34,014 nucleotides of DNA, from contig JACPSA010000016.1 in assembly GCA_016193545.1 (NCBI GenBank), positions 1-34,014 of the forward strand, given 5' to 3'. Source of the stretch: Chloroflexota bacterium (GTDB lineage: Bacteria; Chloroflexota; Dehalococcoidia; Dehalococcoidales; UBA2162). The position numbers were made by a program, and so were the translations under genes. Under the pieces are notes generated by a model that had not been told where the DNA came from, did no database searches, and worked only from the letters and a program-made list of their open reading frames with translations. Each line of letters opens with the position of its first letter. Position 1 is the first letter of the stretch. Positions 9,194 through 15,840 of the stretch are shown in pieces.

Positions 9194-9213
9194 TATAACA
9201 GATATGTTATAAT
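9194..9213 (+). promoter_or_regulatory. Extended -10 promoter overlapped by a 7-4-7 palindrome. Candidate autoregulatory operator of the XRE gene.
   Basis: TATAACA (9194-9200), GATA, TGTTATA (9205-9211) form a perfect inverted repeat. TGTTATAAT gives TGn-TATAAT, with TATAAT at 9208-9213, about 30 nt upstream of the ATG at 9244. Confidence 0.4.
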
Positions 9214-9243
9214 CATAAGACAATAAATGCCGAGGGAGTGACG

Positions 9244-9558
9244 ATGGAAAAGATAAACTACGAAGAATTTTTCGACGAGCAGATGAAGAGTCCCGAGTTT
9301 CGGAGAGAATATGAAGCTCTGAAACCCAAATATGATATGATTCGGGCTTTGATACGCCGTAGGAACGAACTGCGTCTGAGCCAGACTCAGCTTGCCAGGC
9401 GGATTGGTATGCAGCAGCCGGCTATATCGAGGCTGGAAGGCGGCGGGCTTAATACCACTGTTGCCACGCTCTTCAAAGTAGCAGATGCCTTGGCCCTGGA
9501 TTTGGAGTTTAAGCCCAAAGCTCCGTCAAAGTCAAAGAGGCTCGCAAGAGCCAGGTAA
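9244..9558 (+). CDS. XRE-family helix-turn-helix transcriptional regulator (HigA/antitoxin-like architecture), with no partner gene.
   Basis: The HTH is LSQTQLARRIGMQQPAISRLEGG. The N-terminal EFRREYEALKPKYD..IRALIRRRNE segment is typical of antitoxin-type XRE proteins. I prefer the ATG at 9244 (SD GAGGGAG about 5 nt upstream) over the GTG at 9238 used in the track. Confidence 0.85.
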   Translation: MEKINYEEFFDEQMKSPEFRREYEALKPKYDMIRALIRRRNELRLSQTQLARRIGMQQPAISRLEGGGLNTTVATLFKVADALALDLEFKPKAPSKSKRLARAR

Positions 9559-9573
9559 TCCTGATTTTCTCTT

Positions 9574-9626
9574 AAGCCCTGACCAAACTATATGAATTAC
9601 AGAAAAAGGCGAGGGAGGGGTTAGTT
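9574..9626 (+). repeat. Direct repeat copy 2. This is a non-functional remnant or duplicate of the mutS 3' end.
   Basis: AAGCCCTGACCAAACTATATGAATTACAGAAAAAGGCGAGGGAGGGGTTAGTT would encode ..ALTKLYELQKKAREG in the mutS frame. It abuts and overlaps the stop codon (9621-9623) of the convergent AT-rich ORF. Confidence 0.9.
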
Positions 9627-10646
9627 AATCAATTGCCTTATTAGTTCCTGAAAATCTAGTCTATCTGATTCGGTGGCTGAAAAGATGCGAGTTTTGTATT
9701 TTTTGTCGAAGTGGAGCTTGTTAATCAAAACCTCTTTCATAAATCTATCTGTGGTAACAATATCGCAGTAAGGAAGTATAGAGGATAAGATTGGTACATC
9801 ATAAAAGTCACCTTTCTTCGGTTTTCTTCCTTGAATAAATCTCTCGGCTATTACTGCCTGAATGGAAGCGTTTATATCAATAAAAGGACTGTCTAGGAGT
9901 TCCTTTGACCTAACAAAGCTGTTTACCATATCATAATCTTTTGGGTTTATTCCAATTTGGTGTATGCGATCCCAGAAATCCATAAATTGCTTATAATTAC
10001 GTATAGCAATTAGCTTATCCTCTAACGGGTAATCGCCTTTTATTTTTTCCTTATAAGACTGCTCGGCAAACTGACCCACAAAGCCGTCTATTAAACTCAT
10101 CTTACTTTCTTGCAATAACTTTGGCCATTCAAGAGGTTTACTACTATAATCTTCCAGCATTTTTTGTGCTTCTTCATTAAAACCTAGTTTCAGTTGACGA
10201 TCATATTCAATATCATCGTTTGTTAAAGTAGGATGAACATAATTTATTATCCTAGTATTCTTTATATCCTGTATGTTTTTTGGGTTTGATACGAATGCTA
10301 TAGCCCAACTCTCTCTTTTCTCTGGTAGCATACCTAAAAACTGTCTTGCAGCGTCTTCAATTTGTGATTCTAGAATGCTTCTCCATGGGAGTAGTTGTAA
10401 GCCTCCAGAAAGAATATTGATTATCTCTATTATTGGTTCTTCGAGCCTTTTGTCATATTTGGTCTCTGTCAAATGAAATTCTGATTCGGGACATGCAATT
10501 TTGTCAGCCAACACGGCCTTTTTCAAGTCATCAAATAGTGAAAGCCAGAATTTAGTTTCGTATGCATCTGCAATAGAGCCAGCACGAGCTTTAACCATAT
10601 TGCTTAAATAATTCTGGTCTAGATAAATAATAGTATGTGAACTCAT
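9621..10646 (-). CDS. Hypothetical protein on strongly AT-rich, probably horizontally acquired DNA. It may carry a PIN-like nuclease fold split by a long insert.
   Basis: 341-aa ORF, the only long ORF in the region. Sampled 60-nt lines run at about 25-42% G+C, against more than 50% in the flanks. An N-terminal strand plus Asp (TIIYLDQNYL), CPESEFHLTE, and a C-terminal GDFYDVPILSSILPYCDIVTTDRFM match the D..E..D..(T/S)xD pattern of PIN-like domains. I recognise no named family with certainty. Confidence 0.7.
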   Translation of the reverse strand: MSSHTIIYLDQNYLSNMVKARAGSIADAYETKFWLSLFDDLKKAVLADKIACPESEFHLTETKYDKRLEEPIIEIINILSGGLQLLPWRSILESQIEDAARQFLGMLPEKRESWAIAFVSNPKNIQDIKNTRIINYVHPTLTNDDIEYDRQLKLGFNEEAQKMLEDYSSKPLEWPKLLQESKMSLIDGFVGQFAEQSYKEKIKGDYPLEDKLIAIRNYKQFMDFWDRIHQIGINPKDYDMVNSFVRSKELLDSPFIDINASIQAVIAERFIQGRKPKKGDFYDVPILSSILPYCDIVTTDRFMKEVLINKLHFDKKYKTRIFSATESDRLDFQELIRQLIN

Positions 10647-10720
10647 TTATCTGCATCCTTTTGAAATATTTTATCACATCACAACAGATAGCTTTTCTAT
10701 TTTGTTAGCTACTAATCCCA

Positions 10721-10955
10721 TCCCCTTTGTCCCCTTAGCAAGGGGAAGGAGAGGAGACCGAAAATCCCCCTTAGTCCCCCTTTGTCAAAGGGGGAGTCGC
10801 CCCTTCTCCCTTTCTCAAAGAGCTTGCCCTGAGCCTGCCGAAGGGGAGAGCGAGAGGGATTTGAACAGGGGTGTTTAAGAGGGGCGTCAGCCCCTCTTAA
10901 TAAAATAAACTTCCCCCTCTCCTTTGCTAAGGAGAGGGGGACTGAGGGGGTGAGG
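10721..10955. repeat. Cluster of four C5/G5 palindromic hairpins (REP/MITE-like intergenic elements).
   Basis: TCCCCTT-AGC-AAGGGGA lies at 10730-10746. TCCCCCTTT-GTC-AAAGGGGGA lies at 10775-10795. TTAAGAGGGGC-GTCA-GCCCCTCTTAA lies at 10875-10900. CCCCCTCTCCTT-TGCT-AAGGAGAGGGGG lies at 10913-10940, followed by the tail ACTGAGGGGGTGAGG (to 10955). Confidence 0.85.
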
Positions 10956-10996
10956 CTTCGCCCTAGAGGGCTCAAGCCTGAAGGGTTACCAATAAG

Positions 10997-11293
10997 TTAT
11001 AGCTGGCGGTAGAGATACCACTTTTTGTACTCGGGGTGCTCCAGGCTGGTGCCGCGGTCATAGTAAATTTCGAAAATATCACCACCGGTGGTCTTCACCC
11101 GGTAGTAGTTGCGGTGGTGACGCTGCCACCAGTGCCGGCGGCGCAGCAAAGGACGGCCGAAGCCGTAGTCGTGCCAGGCTTCGAGGATATCGGTGATAAT
11201 GAACTTCCGGTCGTCAAGGCGGAAGGAAGCGGGGGTTTTAATCTCTCCGCTGACGGTAACCTCTATCTCCCGGCCGAAGAATTGTGGGGCCAT
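10997..11293 (-). CDS. Small conserved-looking hypothetical protein, rich in Trp, Arg and Tyr.
   Basis: 98-aa ORF with SD GGTGGAGGG upstream of the ATG. The pattern AWHDYGFG..RRRHWWQRHHRNYYRVKTTGGDIFEIYYDR......WYLYRQL resembles a small DUF-type domain also seen at ImuB-like C-termini. That resemblance is from memory and is unverified. Confidence 0.6.
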   Translation of the reverse strand: MAPQFFGREIEVTVSGEIKTPASFRLDDRKFIITDILEAWHDYGFGRPLLRRRHWWQRHHRNYYRVKTTGGDIFEIYYDRGTSLEHPEYKKWYLYRQL

Positions 11294-11318
11294 CGCCCTC
11301 CACCGCCTTGAGATTTAT

Positions 11319-11867
11319 TTAGCCTGTATGGGAAATCAGGTGATTTCTAAACTCCGCGACGATGTCATCGTTTCTGTTGAGAGCGTCACCGATGCCGTAT
11401 TGCTTACTCAGGCGCAGGGGAACGCAGCAGCAGGCGCAGCAGTTACAGATGGCGTAGAAGTCCTGCCGGCATTTGACGATGGTATGGATGAGTCCTCTCC
11501 GGTGGCACTCCCGCAAGATGTCCCTGGCTTCATCGCTGGTTATCTCACGGTATTCCTGCGGGTTCTCGGCGACAAACACATTCCCGCTGAGTCCGAGCAT
11601 TATCTCCGTGTTGATGGGGTTATCACAGTTGCTGAATGCGGTACGGCAGTCGCACGGTCCTACCGCCAGGCTCGGCGCAATGCCCACGATTTCCTCAACC
11701 TCGGTCGCGGTCAACAGGTAGGCTCCCTCCATGTTTCGCCCGTAAGCGTTAGCTACCCGTCGGACCAATCGGCCAATCAGTGGTATCCGGGTCCACCTCG
11801 CCCAGAAGATGTAAAACCTGATGGCGAACTGGCGGTGCTGGCTGTAGAATCTCAGTGAATGGTGCAT
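11319..11867 (-). CDS. Cys-rich putative Fe-S or metal-binding protein.
   Basis: The motifs are GPCDCRTAFSNCDNP and FYAICNCCACCCVP. I prefer the ATG at 11867 (GAGG 6 nt upstream). The track ORF extends to a TTG at 11990, which has no SD and overlaps the upstream gene by 23 nt. Confidence 0.65.
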   Translation of the reverse strand: MHHSLRFYSQHRQFAIRFYIFWARWTRIPLIGRLVRRVANAYGRNMEGAYLLTATEVEEIVGIAPSLAVGPCDCRTAFSNCDNPINTEIMLGLSGNVFVAENPQEYREITSDEARDILRECHRRGLIHTIVKCRQDFYAICNCCACCCVPLRLSKQYGIGDALNRNDDIVAEFRNHLISHTG

Positions 11868-11967
11868 CAAAACCTCTACCGGGCTGAATCTGCCGGTAAA
11901 GCCAGTCAGGAACAAGGCCTCCAATAGTATGAGTCGTAAAGCGGGGAGTAAGGAGTGCTCTGTAGCT

Positions 11968-12162
11968 TTACTTGGATGCCGCCCCCTCAATCAGGAAGTA
12001 GATGGCGAACAGGATGGCCACAGTGGCAAAGTTGATGTATGAGGTCGGGGTGACGACTATGTTTGCCCCGGCCAGTCGGGAGATTACCGCCAGAATTACG
12101 CTGAGTGCCGCCAGTGCCGCCGCGATGTAAGCCAACCTGTGCTGCATGGTTCCTATCTTCAT
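11968..12162 (-). CDS. Small two-TM membrane protein.
   Basis: 64-aa ORF with a strong SD (AAGGAGGGAGCAACA-ATG) and two hydrophobic segments (AYIAAALAALSVILAVI and FATVAILFAIYFLI). Confidence 0.55.
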   Translation of the reverse strand: MKIGTMQHRLAYIAAALAALSVILAVISRLAGANIVVTPTSYINFATVAILFAIYFLIEGAASK

Positions 12163-12247
12163 TGTTGCTCCCTCCTTGTCTGGCTATCCTTTACCAGATA
12201 TTTTACACCCAAATTGCCCAAATGGCAAAGGGGGGTAGGTTACCAAT

Positions 12248-13429
12248 TTAGTCGACCTTTAGCTTTTCAATCAGCATCGGCACTACCTTGAACAGGTCAC
12301 CGACGATGCCGTAGGTGGCGACTTCGAAGATAGGGGCATCGGGGTCAGTGTTAATGGCCACGATACAATCTGATGTCTGCATACCGGCCAGGTGCTGCAC
12401 GGCACCGGAAATGCCGCAGGCAATATAGAGCTTGGGACAAACGGTCTTGCCCGTCTGGCCGACCTGGTGGGAATAGGGAATCCAGCCATCATCCACCGGC
12501 GCGCGGGATGAGCCCAGTGCCGCTCCGATGGCCGTAGCCAGTTCCTGGAGCAGCTGGAAATTTTCTGCCTTGCCCAACCCTCTGCCCCCGGAGACAATAA
12601 CATCAGCGTCTTCAAGCTTGACTGTTTCGGTGAGGTCATCGACAAAGTTGAGCAATTTGGTCCGTGATGTGATATGTTCGCGGTCGAAGTCCACCTTGAT
12701 TATCTGTCCGTTTGGTTTCGGGTCGGCCAGCTTTTTCTTAAAAACACGGGGGCGGACGGTGGACATCTGCGGTCTTCTTGCCTGGCAGATGATGGTGGCC
12801 ATGATGTTGCCGCCGAAGGTAGGGCGGGTCTGCAGCAGCCGTTGGGTCTCGTTATCGATAGCCAGGTCGGTGCAGTCGGCGGTTAATCCCGTTTTCAGGA
12901 TGGCTGCCACCCTGGGGATAAAGGAACGCCCCAGTGAAGTGGCGCCGGCGATGACCGCTTCCGGCTTGTGCTGTTGAATCAGTCTGACCAGTTCCCCGGT
13001 GTATAAATCTTCCTGGTGGTTGGCCAGCGCCGGGTCGTCAATCAGGTAGACCTTATCGGCGCCGTAGGCAATCAGTTGTTCGATTTCACTGATATTATGG
13101 CCGAAGCAGATAGCGCATAACTCCGTTTTCAGGATATCGGCCAGCTCCTTGCCTTTGGACAACAGCTCGTAATCAACGCTTTTTAGCTTACCGTCCCGTT
13201 GCTCGGCGAATACCCAGATGCCGCGGTGGTTATCGGTTGAAGCTACCGGTTCCGGAATAGCTTCGATAATTATAGCCTCATAAGCGCAGACTGCCTGGCA
13301 GGCACCGCAGAGTGTGCAGCCCTCGTTGATACGGGCTTTTTCATCGATAACTTCGATAATACCGAAAGGGCAGGACGGTACGCAGTTAGCGCAGCCGGTA
13401 CATTTTTCCAGGTCGATGTGTATGGCCAT
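12248..13429 (-). CDS. etfA: Electron transfer flavoprotein alpha subunit with an N-terminal 2x[4Fe-4S] ferredoxin domain.
   Basis: The N-terminus carries CTGCANCVPSCP and CTLCGACQAVCA. The Etf alpha core carries VSGGRGLG, SRAPVDDGWIPYSHQVGQTGKTV, LYIACGISGAVQHLAGM and IVAINTDPDAPIF. Confidence 0.93.
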   Translation of the reverse strand: MAIHIDLEKCTGCANCVPSCPFGIIEVIDEKARINEGCTLCGACQAVCAYEAIIIEAIPEPVASTDNHRGIWVFAEQRDGKLKSVDYELLSKGKELADILKTELCAICFGHNISEIEQLIAYGADKVYLIDDPALANHQEDLYTGELVRLIQQHKPEAVIAGATSLGRSFIPRVAAILKTGLTADCTDLAIDNETQRLLQTRPTFGGNIMATIICQARRPQMSTVRPRVFKKKLADPKPNGQIIKVDFDREHITSRTKLLNFVDDLTETVKLEDADVIVSGGRGLGKAENFQLLQELATAIGAALGSSRAPVDDGWIPYSHQVGQTGKTVCPKLYIACGISGAVQHLAGMQTSDCIVAINTDPDAPIFEVATYGIVGDLFKVVPMLIEKLKVD

Positions 13430-13443
13430 ATCTCCAGTTACTC

Positions 13444-14229
13444 CTAGATTAATTTAGCCTGGCGTAGTTTATCAATCAGGCTTGCCGCCTGGCTTTCCGG
13501 GCTGCCCTGAAGCATTTCACCGTGGCGGACTCTTTGCGGGAAGAATATCTTGATAACCCGGGTAGCCGAGCCGGAAAGCCCGACCATCTCTTTATCGGCG
13601 CCTATTTCCTGGGCGGTCCAGGTGGTTATCACGGCGCTCTTAGCTTTGCTCATCCCGCGTAGGGACGGCAAGCGGGGTGTATTTATCTCTTTGACCACCG
13701 TAATCACGGCGGGCAGGGTGGACTCAATGATTTCATGCCCGTCTTCAACCAGACGCTGGACGCGTATCCGGCCGTTATTTATCTCTTCAATCCGGCTGAC
13801 ATAGGCGATAAATGGAATTCCCAGCATCTCAGCCAATTCCGGCCCCACCTGTCCGGTATCGCCGTCTATTGTCTGCCGTCCGCAGATGACGAGGTTGTCC
13901 TCTTTGATTTTATTGATTGCCCTGGCCAGTGTGTAGGAGGTAGCCAGGGTGTCAGCGCCGGCAAAAGAGCGGTCGCTCAACAGAATAGCTTCGTCAGCGC
14001 CGGTGCTGATTGCTTCCCTGAGCATTTCCTCGGCTTGAGGGGGACCCATACTGATGGCGGTAACCTTGCCCCCATGCTTCTCCTTGATGCGGACGCCTTC
14101 TTCCAGAGCGTAAGTATCAAAAGGATTAACAATGTTCTTAATCCCTTGCCTGACCAGAGTATTGGTCTGGGGGTCGATACTGACTTTGGTGGTGCCCGGG
14201 ACCTGCTTCAGACAGACAATAATGTTCAT
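13444..14229 (-). CDS. etfB: Electron transfer flavoprotein beta subunit.
   Basis: 261-aa ORF with MNIIVCLKQVPGT, NPFDTYALEEGVRIKE and ICGRQTIDGDTGQVGPELAEMLGIP. Confidence 0.93.
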   Translation of the reverse strand: MNIIVCLKQVPGTTKVSIDPQTNTLVRQGIKNIVNPFDTYALEEGVRIKEKHGGKVTAISMGPPQAEEMLREAISTGADEAILLSDRSFAGADTLATSYTLARAINKIKEDNLVICGRQTIDGDTGQVGPELAEMLGIPFIAYVSRIEEINNGRIRVQRLVEDGHEIIESTLPAVITVVKEINTPRLPSLRGMSKAKSAVITTWTAQEIGADKEMVGLSGSATRVIKIFFPQRVRHGEMLQGSPESQAASLIDKLRQAKLI

Positions 14230-14305
14230 TGTGACGATACCTTCCGACGGTTGAATGTAGAGATGGTGGTGCTTTTCCAGGCGGGCTCTGGCGAGAACGA
14301 AGAAC

Positions 14306-15463
14306 TCATTCCCGTTTTGTCTTCCTCTTTCTCAGTTCGGCAGCGATGGTGCCTCTGAGAACTTCATTGGTGCCTTCATATATCTGGGTGATTTTGGCGT
14401 CTCTCATCATTTTTTCAATCGGGTAATCGCGCATGTAGCCGGCCCCGCCCATAACCTGTACCGCTTCCGTGGTAACTTTCATCGCGGTGTCGGAGGCAAA
14501 GACCTTGGACATTGATGATTCTGCGGTGAAGTTTTTGGCGCCGCTGTCTATTGTCCTGGCGACGGCGTAGGTCAGCGCTCTGGCGGCTTCCACTTGAATA
14601 GCCATATCCGCCAGCTTGTCCTGGATTACGGGCAGAGCGATAATGGGGTGGCCGAACTGGATACGTTGCCGGGCGTAATCTACGGCGGTATCTAAAGCTC
14701 CCTGGGCCAGTCCCACAGCCTGGGCGGCGATGCCTGGTCGTGAGCGGTCGAAGACTTTCATAGCCATGAGGAATCCCATTCCCTCCCGGCCAATGAGGTT
14801 CTGCTCAGGGATAAGACAGTTCTGAAAAACCAGCTCCCTGGTAGCTGAAGCGCGGATACCCATCTTCTTTTCTTTCTTGCCGAACAAGAAACCCGGCGTC
14901 CCCTTCTCCACCAGAACAGCACTGGCGCCACGAGCGCCCCGGGACGGGTCAGTCAGGATAATCAGGGTATATAACTCAGCCTCACCGCCATTGGTGATGA
15001 ACTGTTTCGTGCCATTGAGTACGTAACCGCCGTCCACTTTTTTGGCTGTTGTTTTGATGGCGCCGGCGTCACTACCGGCGGTTGGCTCGGTGAGTGCAAA
15101 AGCAGCCAGTTTCTTGCCGGCAGCAATATCGGGCAGGTATTTCCGTTTCTGCTCTTCCGTTCCGTACTCCAGCAGGGCGAAGCTGCCCAGGGCAGTGGCG
15201 GCATAGCTGATAGCTACGGCACTACAGACACGGCTTATCTCTTCCACCACTAGGCACAGGTCCAGACAGCCTCCGCCCAGGCCTTCATAAGCTTCAGGGA
15301 GAAAGACGCGGAAGAGGTCGCTTTCGGCGAGGTCTTTCATTATCGCCCAGGGGAACTCCTCTTTCTCATCGAGTTCGGCCCGTACCGGCAGTATTCTCTC
15401 CTCGGCAATCCTTCTCGCCAAGCCCTGGATTGTTTTTTGCTGCTCGCTTAGCAGATATTCCAA
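14306..15463 (-). CDS. Acyl-CoA dehydrogenase (short/medium-chain, butyryl-CoA dehydrogenase-like).
   Basis: 385-aa ORF with the canonical signatures FALTEPTAGSDAG and QVMGGAGYMRDYPIEKMMRDAKITQIYEGTNEV (catalytic Glu in YEG). It has a TTG start with SD GGGAGGG. Confidence 0.92.
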   Translation of the reverse strand: MEYLLSEQQKTIQGLARRIAEERILPVRAELDEKEEFPWAIMKDLAESDLFRVFLPEAYEGLGGGCLDLCLVVEEISRVCSAVAISYAATALGSFALLEYGTEEQKRKYLPDIAAGKKLAAFALTEPTAGSDAGAIKTTAKKVDGGYVLNGTKQFITNGGEAELYTLIILTDPSRGARGASAVLVEKGTPGFLFGKKEKKMGIRASATRELVFQNCLIPEQNLIGREGMGFLMAMKVFDRSRPGIAAQAVGLAQGALDTAVDYARQRIQFGHPIIALPVIQDKLADMAIQVEAARALTYAVARTIDSGAKNFTAESSMSKVFASDTAMKVTTEAVQVMGGAGYMRDYPIEKMMRDAKITQIYEGTNEVLRGTIAAELRKRKTKRE

Positions 15464-15685
15464 GATAACCCTCCCTTTCCCTCGGTTGATTATAGCAATA
15501 ATTACTTACAGAATAATGTTTTGTTTATGGTTACGGGGCTGAATCTAAATATTGGCGTGTTTGGTAGCTACCCCGGAGGATGGCGCAAAGGCTGATTGAT
15601 AAGATACAATTCAAATTAACTTATTATAAGCGGTGCGATATACTTGATGTCAAGCCAGCGACTCAAAGTTCGTTTTGTAACCTAT

Positions 15686-15735
15686 CCCCCTGACCCCCTC
15701 TCCTTCGTAAGGAGAGGGGGTCAGGGGGTAAGGTG
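15686..15735. repeat. Palindromic repeat element of the same family as 10913-10955.
   Basis: A perfect 20-bp stem is formed by CCCCCTGACCCCCTCTCCTT-CGT-AAGGAGAGGGGGTCAGGGGG (15686-15728), followed by the tail TAAGGTG. Confidence 0.9.
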
Positions 15736-15840
15736 ACTCAGTAGATGATAACCATATTGACATTAGAGAGGGATGTAAATTATCTTATGGCTGGCTACCA
15801 CGGTTCCCAATTTGCTTGTAACTTGTAATAAGTAGAAAGG

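Noticed and set aside
9049-9243. Searched for a toxin gene (HigB/RelE-like) upstream of the XRE/antitoxin-like gene, and for a tRNA as an integration target.
   Set aside because: The only ORF is 32 codons starting at the ATG at 9063. It has no SD and runs through the hairpin stems. There is no cloverleaf or T-loop (GTTCRANYC) signature. The region is better described as structured non-coding DNA.
10721-10955. Possible CRISPR array, given several G/C-rich palindromic units in about 240 bp.
   Set aside because: The units differ from one another in sequence and length, and the spacing is irregular. There are no unique spacers of uniform size and no cas genes in the window.
10712-10975. 87-aa minus-strand ORF in the track (..PLSLAKERGKF..RGDSPFDKGGLRG..).
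   Set aside because: It is a read-through of the palindromic C5/G5 repeat cluster. The low-complexity Pro/Gly/Arg/Leu peptide is the usual artefact of translating such hairpins, and there is no SD.
11868-11990. Longer version of the Cys-rich ORF starting at the TTG at 11990.
   Set aside because: There is no SD, and it overlaps the upstream small membrane-protein gene by 23 nt. The ATG at 11867 has a properly spaced GAGG. The longer form cannot be excluded, because its hydrophobic LLPALRLILLEALFLTGF segment could be a TM anchor.
15580-15693. 37-codon ORF (MAQRLIDKIQFKLTYYKR..) in the bcd/ACAD divergent intergenic region.
   Set aside because: The GGAGG directly abuts the ATG with no spacing. 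The ORF also terminates inside the palindromic repeat, so it is most likely fortuitous.
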